A stretch of 64,000 bases of DNA from Stegostoma tigrinum. Its lineage: Eukaryota. The DNA lies in contig NC_081394.1 in NCBI RefSeq assembly GCF_030684315.1, forward strand, positions 5,488,163 to 5,552,162, written 5' to 3'. Positions 13,380 to 25,134 of the stretch are shown piece after piece; positions within the stretch are counted from its first letter, which is position 1; each line of letters begins with the position of its first letter. The notes under the pieces were generated by a model. That model made no database searches and was not told where the DNA came from. It saw nothing but the letters and a program-made list of their open reading frames with translations. Made by a program: the position numbers and the translations under genes.

Positions 13380-13483
13380 TTAGTTACTCACTCTTCCTTT
13401 CAGTTTCACTGCTTTAGTTACTCACTCTTCCGTTCAGTTTCACTGCTTTAGTTACTCACTCTTCCGTTCAGTTTCACTGCTTT
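13380..13483 (+). repeat. 33-bp tandem repeat, 3 copies (2 copies in the right arm at ~63165-63235)
   Basis: ttagttactcactcttcc(t/g)ttcagtttcactgct; accounts for the 33-bp shift in arm register. Confidence 0.85.
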
Positions 13484-14049
13484 ACCTCAGTCTTCCAATC
13501 TGATCAAATCGACACAAACAATCAGAGCTTAAGAGTGAAGTCTTGTTGCACAGTGAGAAAATTTCAGGCTAGAAAAGATCCTTTATTTTCAGTCGCCTTT
13601 AACAGGAGACTCCATCTGCCCTGTTGCCGGACACAAATGATCCTACCGACACTGTTCAGCAGAGACTTGAGGACAAAACATTCATTTTCATGGAGCTGAT
13701 GATGAAATCTTAGCACCACGACTTCGATAATTACTTCCTTGTTGGTCAGGACAGGACCTACACTGTACAAATGTGGAATGTTCCTTTTCTGCACGATTTG
13801 GCTTCAGTTTCAATGCTAACCAACAGTTTCTCCCACATTGCCCCGCCATCCCAAGTGGAAAATTACAGATCGCAGGAGAACAGGTGAGTCCTTCTTCAAA
13901 GATTGTTCAAGGTTGTAAAATCTGTAGACAAGTTCTAATATATGGATTTTAATCTCCTGGTACACAGAGTCATTGAGTAATGTCAGAATTGATGAAACAG
14001 CTTCCTTTTCAGACAAGTGAGTCCCAGATCAGAACAACAATGAAATCCC

Positions 14050-14612
14050 CAAGACAAAAGGAACAGAACACGACAGCGCAGGAACAGGCCCTTTGACCCA
14101 TCGAGTTTGTGCTGACATATGGCGCCTTTCTAAGCTAATAGTCTTTTACCGCTACAGCGTCCGTAACCATTCTCTGCCTATTCATACATCTGTCAAGATG
14201 GCTCTTAAATGTTGCTTTTGTACCAGCCTCCACCATCTCCTCTGGCAGCAAGTTCCAGGCACTTACTACCCACTGTGTAAAAAACCTGCCTCTCACATCT
14301 CCTTTAAAATTATCCCTTTTTTACGTTAAACCTATACCACCTAATAATTGACTTTTATACCTCGATGCGAAGACTCCAACTCTGCTGTTTATCCACGAAT
14401 CTCACAATTTTGTAAATTTCTGTCAGGTTGCCCCTCATCCTTTGACATTCAAGTGAAAACAAACCAAGTTTGGCGGATTCTCCTCTCATAGCTAATACAC
14501 TCCAAACCAAGCAACATCCTGGTAAATTGTTTCTGTACCCTCTCCAAAGCCAGCCTGTCCTTCTGGCAGTGTCGTGACCAGAACTGTTCATAATATTCCA
14601 AATATACCAGTA
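14050..14612 (-). mobile_element. CR1 LINE 3' fragment (mirror ~62040-62600)
   Basis: LEYYEQFWS..LERVQKQFTRML..LGLFSLE..RGNLTEIYKI. Confidence 0.85.
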
Positions 14613-15281
14613 CCATCAGCTTCCAGTATTTCAGTTCCTGTTAAATCTGTTGTTTCTGAGGCAGCAGATCACAACAACTCCTCACTAGGTCCAAACAATA
14701 AATTCTCCTCTTCTTCCTGTTCCCATAAGCTAACACTTGGAGACAGCAAGGGATTGCAGATGCTGAAAGCTAGAGTCAATAAATATGGAGCTGGTAAAGC
14801 ACAGCAGGTCAGACAGCATCTGAAGAGCAGGGAAGACAACGCTTTAGGCCGAAACCTTTTGTCAGGAGTCAGGAAGTGTTTCTGTCCAAGACTCACAGTC
14901 CACACCTTTGCTTTGGAGCAAGTGAGTGAAATGAGATGTTGTTTAATATCAGAATAAGCTCAGCCAGACTGAGAGAGATGGTGTTGGAGACTGGAGGGAA
15001 ACTGGCAGTAACTAGGAATGTGTGGTGTTTGGGGTAAAATGAAATTAATTTTATGCAGGAAAAGACGTTACTTAAAAGTTATATTTCAAGGAGTTGACTC
15101 TCCCACATTCCCCAGCTCCCCACACCTCTGCTCCCAACCACCAGGAACATAGACTGGATGACCATTCCCAGCCTCCCACCTGAGTTTCCCACAATCGCTG
15201 ATCCCTGACTTCAGCCAACTTGATTCACTCCAAGTCATATCAGGGACTTACTGCCTGTAGACAGCAGCCCCTCTGTGCAAA

Positions 15282-15474
15282 CCAGGCCAAGCAGCATCAG
15301 AGGAGCAGGAAGGCAGACGTTTCGGGCCGAAACCCTTCTTCAAGGCTCTAGGCCTGAAATGTCAGCCTTCCTGTTCCTCTAACGCTGTTTGGCCTGCTGT
15401 GTTCATCCAGCTCTACACCTTGTTATCTCATATTCTCCAGCATCTGCAGTTCCTACTATCTCTGAAACAATTTT
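15282..15474. mobile_element. Same-family Penelope-type hairpin insertion (mirror ~61175-61367)
   Basis: Inverted arms around the minus-strand motif TTGAAGAAGGGTTTCGGCCCGAAACGTC; agcccctctgt duplicated at 15266 and 15475. Confidence 0.7.
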
Positions 15475-17389
15475 AGCCCCTCTGTTCAAGCAGTTACCAG
15501 CAGAGTCATTAAACGTCAGACTGTAGACCCACTAATATCGGCAGCAGCTTCTCTTTAATCACAGATCAGAGCAAAAACTACAGGCAGAAAAGTAACAAAA
15601 TATCCAGGGTAGAAATACAGATGTATCCAGATCTAAAATATTTACAAAGTTTTATCCTTCCATTGAAAATTATGATCAATCACCATTGGGGTAGATACTT
15701 CATATACAAAAGTCACATTTAAATTAACAAGACATATCTGTAAATTAGGACAAACACCCAGGTTAAAAATACAAACATTTCCAATGTTAAAAAATTCACA
15801 GCAGCAACAGATTTACTTTAATCAAACCCTGGAGCAAACAGTACAGATAGAAAAGGAATCATGATATCTGACAGATTCAGAGATAAAATATTTACAATAC
15901 AATTACTTAGATAAATTTATAGAAAATTAACAGTTAAATGTGCAGGATATATATTTGGCCAGATGCAGTTTCAATGTGTAAACCATCCAGGTTCTGGTTT
16001 CTGAATTTTAAACACTTGCTGGCTCTGAGGGAACCACGTGCTACAGAGGGAGTTTCCGAAGCCTCTTCCCATGTTCCCCAATGAGGGACGACCATCGCTA
16101 CAAGGGCTGCAGTGGGGCAAGTTGAGATGGACAATGAATGGGGCCCTGGCAGCAAATATGCACACTGAGAACAAGTTAACAAATTTTCCAGAAACTACAC
16201 GATGCTCCCACCAACTTATCAACAGGATATTTTGGAAATTTTCTTGGAAAAGTCTCTGAGGGAAGGATCAATGCTAAAAGTGAGCCCGATGATTGAGTTT
16301 GGACACAGTCTGTGAGTGTCATAGTGACATAATACACAGAATGAAATACTTTATCCAGGAATAGGATAATATTTTCACTGGGAATTTTCCTCCTGAAATT
16401 GTGCTGCCCCAAAGGGTTTGCGGAATTTGGGAAGTGATTGTTGATCCCAATCCTGAGCTCAGACTTTCCACCAGGAATCACTTGATCCCAACAATACAGG
16501 GGTGATTTCCTGCTCTCTGAGTCAGGCTCAGTCAGTGTTGGACAGACCTGTTCCCCAGAAGATTTTGCTCTCTAGCCGCTCCATCCTGATGCTCAGGTGC
16601 TGTTGGCACACGGCTCTGTGCTTCACCTGAACCAGGCACCTCTGTCAAAGGGTCACAATTCGATGCTTGATTTTGTTCACTGCTGTGTTGGTTTTGAATA
16701 CAATTCCTGGGAGAGAAAGAAAGCAACAGAATGCATTTTAAAACAATCCAATGCTTTGGACGCATGTATAAAGGAGCTGTTCAGGAGCATAGACATGTAA
16801 AATGACACTTAACATCCTGGGGATGAATGGTAGCTGGAAAATGGATGACAGCAGCTACATGGTGATGGAACACAGTGTGTAGAGGAGAGCAGGTTTACAG
16901 GATAGGCAGTGGGCAAGAACTGGACATTCTACAAGAGCTGACCGACAGAGGGAGGGCCAGAGGTGAGAGTGAGAGAACCCTACAATAGCTCCTCATCCCA
17001 GTGTGAGGGGTGTATGTGGGGAAAGGTAACGAGCACAGCAATGTGGGTATTGAATGAAACAGGAAATCTGAGATGTGCCCAGTGGCTGCATTAAGGGGAT
17101 GGTTTGAAAAGTGCAGGTAGAGTGACAACAAGAAATTGCTTTTTTTGATCGCATTTTTAACACTGTGGTGCAGTAAAAGATACAGAGAACTAAGGGAGAG
17201 ACACTGAAACTGGAAATCTCTGGGATACAGGAGCACAGAGATCTGAGGGCTGTGCAGCTGAAGGTGGGTACAGGTAGGAAGGGCTGAGGCCACGGAGGGA
17301 TTCAAAAGGATTTGAATGATCAAATCTGTCAATCCCTATCTGAAATAGATTTAACAATGGAGCATCCACAACCACAATAAGTATAAATC

Positions 17390-17985
17390 TGAATGAGCTT
17401 ACCCCTGTTTGCAGCCTCTGTACCATCCTCACAGCTAACTTTCCCACTGAGCTTTGTATCACCAGCAAATTGGGACATTTCCATTCCATCCCCTCATCGC
17501 AGTCCCTGATATAGATTGTGAGTCACTGAGATCCCAGCATTGATCCTTACAGCACCAGTTACATCTTGACTGCTGAAAATGACCCACTTGTTCCTGCTCT
17601 CTTCCTGTCTATTAACTAATCCTCAATCCATGCTGTATTACCCCCATTCCCCCTTGAGACCTCATCTTGTCGAACAACCTATTGTGTGGCATCTTCTCAA
17701 ATTCCTTCTGTCATTCCCAACATATGCCCCATCCTCTGGTTTTCCAGTGGGATAATATTTGCTCCTTTCCAATCCATGGGGACTGTTCAGAAGCGAGAGG
17801 ATGACAAGCTGGAAGTGACTGGATGATGCTGCTCAATGACAGACTGGATTGAAGTGTCCTCACAGCTCAGTGAATGGACAGTGACAGTGCTCAGCGACAT
17901 TTCACGCAATGTTATACAAAGATATAAATAGGTTACGATTGAATCTGCGGAACATTCTGGAACTCACCATATTATTCACTTTCAG
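17390..17985 (-). pseudogene. Gene B 3' remnant: post-TM intron block with the TM exon lost
   Basis: Homologous to 490-1060 and 24920-25140 and keeps the tg|gtgagtt donor, but SINE-like sequence sits where the TM exon should be. Partly mirrored at ~60080-60448. Confidence 0.7.
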
Positions 17986-18921
17986 GTCATCATTAGATTC
18001 TTAAATCCAGATATTTTATTGAATTCAAATTCCACCGTCTGACATGGTGGGATTCGAACTTGGGGCACCAGAACATTATCTGGGTCTTTGGATTAACAGT
18101 CCAGTGATCATGGGCAGTTTTATCAATAACAACTTCCTATCTGTAGATTTTTATTTGATAATCAGACTTTAAAATTCACAGCTATGGATCTTGAAGAAAC
18201 TCTGATCCATAACTCTCTGCTTAACATTTCCGTGAGAAGGTTAAAGCTCACGTCTGCAGTGTTCACAATGACAATTCCCTGTCCCCTGTCTTTCTTTCAA
18301 AAAAATTATAAACAGCACAGAGCCAAATGGAACCAAGTAAATCTCAACACAATGAGAAAATTCACTTTCTCGCTGGGACTGTGTGGAAGGGCAGGTTACA
18401 CCTAGTTCAATATTACTCTCCGCTAACTTCAACCAGCATCACTCCCAGTCAGCTTCCCAACAGGAGGGTACTGGTAAAATTGTAGCAATATTCTCCACGC
18501 AGAATTCCAGACACGCTATTGCTAGTGGGAATCAGGAATCCTTAGAGTCCTGTATCTGCAGGACAGGAAGGTGAGTCTCAGAAACAGAAATAACAATTCC
18601 AGGGAGTTTAAGGATCGGTTCCAGGTAACAGTGACCCACACGACTCACTCGCGCAGAGTCATTCTTTGGTAAAATATCACACAGCTTATCAAATCTTCCA
18701 ATATTCCTGTCTATCCAGCATGATCAAATCTAAGAGCTGAAAACCCATGCAGAAGTTTAGAAACAGATTGACCTGGTACAGATGTCTTTGGTCGAGGTGT
18801 GGGAGCTCGCTCTAGAGAAAACAAACTGCAGAAATGTTCAAACACTGTGGACTGCTCAACTAACAATGAATGGACCATCTCAAGTCAGAGATAAAACAAT
18901 AGCTGAAGTAGAGACCTTCAC

Positions 18922-19264
18922 CTGCGACGGAGAGCTTGACTTGAAAAACTCCCTCCCATCAAAAGCGATCCCCCATCCTGCTGTAAATCTGACACTGATA
19001 CTCGTCCTCCTCTGTCTCCCTGAGGTCAGAGATCAGAACTGACCAGTTGCCTTGTTCCAGTTAATCTTTGAATAAATTTGTTGTTTCTGAACTGTGGGTC
19101 TTGGTCTCTCAAATCATCATACCTGCCGACAAACTTGTGTAAAAATTCACTCTTGGGTGTCCCCCAGATTACCTGTAAATCAAAGACTGGGACATTCCCA
19201 CTACAGGCACAGGGCAGCATAACCTGCTCCCCAATGAATCCAGAAACTGGGACAGGACAGTCAC
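18922..19264 (-). pseudogene. Paralogous IgV pseudo-exon (gene B)
   Basis: Clear homologue of the gene A V exon (DCPVPVSGFIGEQVMLPC..VIWGT..QDPQFRN..GNWSVLISDLRETEEDEYQCQIY). Carries a 2-bp deletion near 19083, in-frame TAA and TGA, and a further 1-bp deletion; splice sites are retained. Confidence 0.9.
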
Positions 19265-19932
19265 CTGGAAAAGAGTGAAAGTATTTATCCACAGCTATAA
19301 CCTCCCTGCTGGTACTTTACATGCCAAGCTTCTCATGGTTACGCTGCGATGCTGGATTTACAAGAAGCTCTGATCAGTAACTCACTGCTTTCATTTCTGC
19401 AGAAGGGTTAAAGCTCAGAAATTCAGGAATCCCACCCAAAAGCAGCTTGTGCCAGATATTTGTCAGCACTGAACAGACGAACCACACTTCGAATCACATG
19501 TTTCCCATTTGGACACATGCTGGGAGAACACAGCTGGATACTGTCAACTTCCCTCTTCACCTCACATTCTCTGAGAGAATTTTGAAGTTGGGAAGTGGAA
19601 AATTGTGCCTGAAAGACAAAGATAATAACGACTGCAGGAGAGTCACTGAGGATTCGGGGTGAATTTGGACAGGTCGTGGAACAGTGACAATCTGAGCAGG
19701 GAGTGAGGCAGCACCTGATGGTCAGAAAGGGGCCAAGGCAATGTGTGCCCTCACCTCCCTCCACCACTAACCTGTGAGTCCTTGCTCCTGCACCCCACAA
19801 GATCCAGACTTTAACCATCCCAGGCCCCAGAGCACAATCCCCAGTCTTGGTGACTCCATTCTGCACACTCCGAGACAGGTCCAATTGTGATTTGATGCCA
19901 GCACTGCCCAGACTATCATCCCAGCATGGATG

Positions 19933-21562
19933 AAAGGGGGTTCAGACAGATAAACGCAGAGTCTGGTTCCTGTATTAAAGGGGGTTAGGACAGATAAACC
20001 CAGAGTCTGCTTCCTGTAATACAGGGGGTTCAGACAGATAAACCCAGAGTCTGGTTCCTGTATTAAAGGGGGTTCAGGCAGATAAACCCAGAGTCTGGTT
20101 CCTGTATTAAAGGGGGTTCAGACAGATAAACCCAGAGTCTGGTTCCTGTATTAAAGGGGGTTCAGACAGATAAACCCAGAGTCTGGTTCCTGTATTAAAG
20201 GGGGTTCAGGCAGATAAACCCAGAGTCTGGTTCCTGTATTAAAGGGGGTTCAGACAGATAAACCCAGAGTCTGGTTCCTGTATTAAAGGGGGTTCAGACA
20301 GATAAACCCAGAGTCTGGTTCCTGTATTAAAGGGGGTTCAGACAGATAAACCCAGAGTCTGGTTCATGTAATAAAGGGGGTTCAGACAGATAAACCCAGA
20401 GTCTGGTTCTTGTATTAAAGGGGGTTCAGACAGATAAACCAAGAGTCTGGTTCCTGTATTACAGGGGGTTAGGACAGATAAACCCCGAGTCTGGTTCCTG
20501 TGTTATGGGGGGTTCAGACAGATAAACCCAGAGACTGGTTCCTGTATTAAAGGGGGTTCAGGCAGAAAAACCCAGAGTCTGGTTCCTGTATTAAATGGGG
20601 TTCAAGCAGATAAACCCAGAGTCTGGTTCCTGTATTAAAGAGGGTTCAGTTAGATAAACCCAGAGTCTGGTTCCTGTATTACAGGGGGTTCAGACAGATA
20701 AACCAAGAGTCTGGTTCCTGAATTACAGGGGGTTCAGGCAGATAAACCCAACCTCTGGTTCGTGTATTAAAGGGGGTTTCAGACAGATAAACCCAGAGTC
20801 TGGTTCCTGTATTACAGGGGGTTCAGACAGATAAACCAAGAGTCTGGTTCCTGTATTACAGGGGGTTCAGGCAGATAAACCCAGAGTCTGGTTCATGTAG
20901 TAAACAGGGTTCAGACAGATAAACCCAGAGTCTGGTTCCTGTATTAAAGGGGGTTCAGACAGATAAACCCAGAGTCTGGTTCATGTAGTAAACAGGGTTC
21001 AGACAGATAAACCCAGAGTCTGGTTCCTGTATTAAAGGGGGTTCAGTCAGATAAACCCAGAGTCTGGTTCCTGTATTACAGCGGGTTCAGACAGATAAAC
21101 CAAGAGTCTGGTTCCTGAATTACAGGGGGTTCAGGCAGATAAACCCAACCTCTGGTTCGTGTATTACAGGGGGTTTCAGACAGATAAACCCAGAGTCTGG
21201 TTCCTGTATTACAGGGGGTTCAGGCAGATAAACCCAGAGTCTGGTTCATGTAGTAAACAGGGTTCAGACAGATAAACCCAGAGTCTGGTTCCTGTATTAA
21301 GTGGGGTTCAGACAGAAAAACCCAGAGTCTGGTTCCTGTATTACGGCGGGGGGTTCAGGCAGATAAATCCAGAGTTTGGTTCCTGTATTAAAGGGGGTTC
21401 AGCAGATAAACCCAGAGTGTGGTTCATGTAGTAAACAGGGTTCAGACAGATAAACCCAGAGTCTGGATCCTGTATTGATCAGGGTTCAAACAGATAAGCC
21501 AAGAGTCCTGATCCTGTATTAAACGGGGTTCAGACAGATAAACCCGGAGTCTGATTCCTGTG
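19933..21562 (+). repeat. 44-bp minisatellite (~37 units), AAAGGGGGTTCAGACAGATAAACCCAGAGTCTGGTTCCTGTATT
   Basis: Period of 44 (20041 to 20085); no unique spacers. Confidence 0.95.
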
Positions 21563-21773
21563 CTTAAAAATGCTTGATAACTCATTTGGACACAATGAGT
21601 TTTTTTTTCCAGTTACTTTAAAACTGTTTGGCTCTATAACAGGAAATAGTCTCGAAATCAAAGTGCACAATCTTAAGCTTCCATATTCCCTGAAATTACG
21701 TGCGTTGTTACCGAGTTTATGAATTTTGCAGGATTTTAAACAATTTTTGTGGTTCGTTTTCAGATTGACTCAC

Positions 21774-21960
21774 TTTGGAGGGAGAGTATCAGTCCCTCTC
21801 CTGCCGTGGATCCACGGTTTTCCGGGATTTCCCACTCGGATCGCTGTCTCACTCCAATCCCTTCAGGGGAAAAGCAGCTTCGAACTGAATTCTCCCGACA
21901 GCGGCTGCATCCAGATCACTCACCGCCGCCCCCCCGCCTCAAGGAAACCCCTGAGATTGG
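21774..21960 (-). promoter_or_regulatory. Second promoter and first exon: NF-kB GGGAAATCCC (21824-21833) and GGGGTTTCC (21943-21951), GC box (21923-21938), CCAAT (21956-21960), short exon ending caaa|gtgagt at 21774
   Basis: Local CpG enrichment, a perfect kB decamer and a strong donor. The mirror copy (56465-56498) reads ATG-MAGEGLILSLQ; this copy has ACG. Confidence 0.6.
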
Positions 21961-22249
21961 CAACACTTCGAGGATAGATTGCGTGTCTCTCTATCCTGGA
22001 TGAGAATGTTCTGAGTTGCTCTATCATTCCCGTTTCTATCCAGCTGTTATCCATCATCGAGCTCTGACTTTCCTGATAGTTCTTGCATGGTTATAATTGT
22101 ACCTGGTGTGGATTCCAGAGAGGGTTGAGAACATTAGAAAGAAATCATTGCTGGACAAAGTCAACGTGGGTCAGTGGGAGCAGGATAACATCTGATTAAC
22201 TAAAGAAAGAACATAACCTTAAATAAACTCATTGACCTGACTGTTCAAA

Positions 22250-23165
22250 AAACTCATTTATATATGATTTGGATGTCAATATAAAGCTATGGGTATTAAG
22301 TTTGCAGATGAACACCAAAATAATGGGTGTAGTGGACAGTGAAGATGATGATCTCAGAGTATCATGATCAGATGGGCCAGTGGGCTGAGGAGCAGCAGAT
22401 GGAATTTAATTTCAATAAATGTGAGGCGTTGCATTTTGATAAGGCAAACCAGGGCACTGAATGATCGGGTCCTCGGCCATGTTGTCAAATAAAGAGACCT
22501 AGTCCCTTGGAAGTGGAGTTGCAGGTAGACAGGGTGATGAAGGCAGTGTTTGGCACACTTCCTCTCATTGGTCAGTGCATTATATATAGGAGTTGGTATG
22601 TCACGTTGCAGATGTACGGGACATTGATGCAGCTGCTTTTTGGAATACTGTGTGCAATTCTGGTACCCCTTCTGCAGGAAAGATGTTGTTAAACTTGAGA
22701 GAATGCAGAAAAGATTTAAAGATATTGCCAGGACTGGATGGTTTGTGTAATAGAAAGGCTGAATAGGTTTGGGCTATTTTCACTGGAGTGGAGACGGAGC
22801 GATCACTTTATTGAGGTTTATAAACTAATGAGGGCCATGAGTAGAGTAAATAGCCAAGGTCCTTTCCTAGAGTAGGGGAGTCAAAAACTAAAAGAACATA
22901 AGTTTAAAGGTGAGAGGGAAAGATTTATAAACAACCTGAGGGGTAACATTTTCATGCCGAGAGTAGTGCATGTATGGAATGAAGTTGCCACAGAATGTGT
23001 TGGAGGCTGGTACCATTACAACATTTAGTAGGCATCTGGGTGAATAGGAAGGGCTTACAGATACGGTCCAAATGCTGGTAAATGGGACTAGGTCTGACTG
23101 GAATGTCTGGTTGACAAGGACGAGTTGGACAAAGAGGTCTGTTCCCATGCTGCATGACTCGATGT
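22250..23165 (+). mobile_element. CR1 LINE 3' fragment (absent from the right arm)
   Basis: KFAD motif, QVDRVMKAVFG and a typical CR1 3' end; lies inside the 1.5-kb segment missing from the right arm. Confidence 0.85.
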
Positions 23166-23994
23166 GGAAGAGGCATGTTATAGCTATCAACTCTCTCAGA
23201 AACCATTGAACCAGAACAGAACCAAGTCACCTTGATCATGAAGGCCTACCCAAGGAGGAGGATTTGGGAACTGTTGAGTCCAATGACAAGGGGGACTGAT
23301 ATGACAGTTTCAGCAGCAAATGAGCTGAAGTGAGTAGTAGAAACAGACAGAGTTGAAAGTGCACAGTGCAGGTGATTGATACTAGGCTAGAAACTAAACT
23401 CGGGTATAAATAGGAAGCTGAACTTGTAAACACTTTGATGCAACACACACGGAGACGAGGGAGTATTGTGTCAGGGTTTCAGGATCCGGGAGATGATGTG
23501 ATGTGCAATCAGTTTAGTTTGACTCTATGCCTAGTTATCCCCTGATCCTTGATATACTTCTAAAGTAACTTTGGAGTTGCCTTTATTTAACCTGCCATTA
23601 TACTTCCACGCCCCCGTTTGGCTATCCTAATTTGCTTGTTAAGTTTCTCTTGCACATGCTGTACTCCTGTAGGACTTCAACTTGTTTGACTCCTCAGTAT
23701 CTGGCATTAGTCTCCCTTGTTCTCTTTATCTAATCCTGTACATCACCAGAGTTTGCCGGATTTGTTGATCCCACCCTTTACCTTTATTGGAACATGTTGG
23801 CCCTGTCCTCTCCCTCTTTTCCTTCTTAAATGCTTCCTACTGTTCTTAAACATAGAAACAGATTTTGGACTTAGATTTAACCAAAAGTATCTACCCACAG
23901 TCCCCTCTGGCCAGGTCATATCTCACCTAATGAAAATTGGCCTTCATCGGTTCTAATTCTGATTACAAGCCCACCCTTTCCATAGATCATGTAA

Positions 23995-24580
23995 TGATTG
24001 AATCCCTACAGTGTGGAAACAGGCCACCAGCCCAACAAGTCCACACTGGCCCTCAGACATCCCACCCAGACCCATCCCCCATAACCCATCTAATGTACAC
24101 ATTTCTGAACACTATGGGCAATTTAATATAGCCACCTACCCTGCACATCTTTGGACTGTGGAAGGAAACTGGAACACCCAGAGAAATCAATGCAGAAACA
24201 AGGAGAGAGTTCGAATTTGCATTCGCACAGACAGTCACTCGAGACTGGAATCGAACCCAGGTCCCTGTTGTAGGCAGCAGCGCTAACCACTGATCCACCA
24301 TGCACCAGGGACCTGGATTCGATTCCAGTCTCGGGCGACTGTCTGTGTGGAGTTTGCACACTCTCCCAGTGTCTGCGTATGTTTCCTCCGGGTGTTCTAG
24401 TTTCCTCCCACAGTCCAAAGATGTGCGGGTTAGGTGGATTGGCCGTGCTGAATTGCCCCATAGTGTCTAGTAAGTGAAGTGACGGGGTTTAGGGTAAGTC
24501 TCAGGGAAATGCTCTTCGGAAGGTCACTGTGGGCTTGATGGGCCAAGTAGCCTGGTTCCACACTATCGGGATTCTATGAT
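23995..24580. mobile_element. Two head-to-head HE1-type V-SINEs (mirror ~55215-55800)
   Basis: tRNA-derived head (ggtggatcagtggttagc..gggttcgattcc) and V-domain ggtttcctcccacagtccaaagatgtgc on both strands, diverging at ~24302. Confidence 0.9.
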
Positions 24581-25134
24581 TCTCTTTTTCATTTGAATCT
24601 TGAATCTGATTAAGTTATGATTGCAGTCAACAAAATGTTCCGCAACTGAAACTTCAATCACTTGCTTAGCTTGATGATGTAAAATTAAGCCAAGGACCCT
24701 GTGTCTTGGAGGGTTTGCTAACAGTGTCGTGGATGCACTGCAAGAAGTTCACATACTCTAACCCTTCACACTATGATTACACCAGTTAACATTGTTGATG
24801 TTAAAATTCACCATGATCACTACCCTATTACTCCTACATCTCCCTGAAATTTGCCGAGAAAACTGCTCTTCTATTTCTCTCAGACTTTTAGGGGGTCTGT
24901 AGGACACAGCTACCTTCCAGTAGGATGATATTTGCTCCTTTTTAATCCACAGGGACTATGCAGCAGTGAGAGGATGACAAGCTGGAAGTGACTGGAAGAT
25001 GCTGCTCAATGACAAGGTGGATCGAAGCATCCTCACAGCTCAGAGAATGGACAGGGACAGAACTCAGTAACATTTCACACAATGTTATACAAAGAGAAAA
25101 CAGTAACAATGGAAATTGTGAAACATTCCAGAAC

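Noticed and set aside
13730-13883. Resemblance to an IL17RA fibronectin-like exon (FLVGQDRTYTVQMWNVP)
   Set aside because: Short, needs frameshifts, no other IL17R exons or SEFIR domain seen, and equally compatible with a C1-set relic.
19933-21562. CRISPR-like regular array
   Set aside because: Head-to-tail repeats with no unique spacers, no cas genes, and a vertebrate context.
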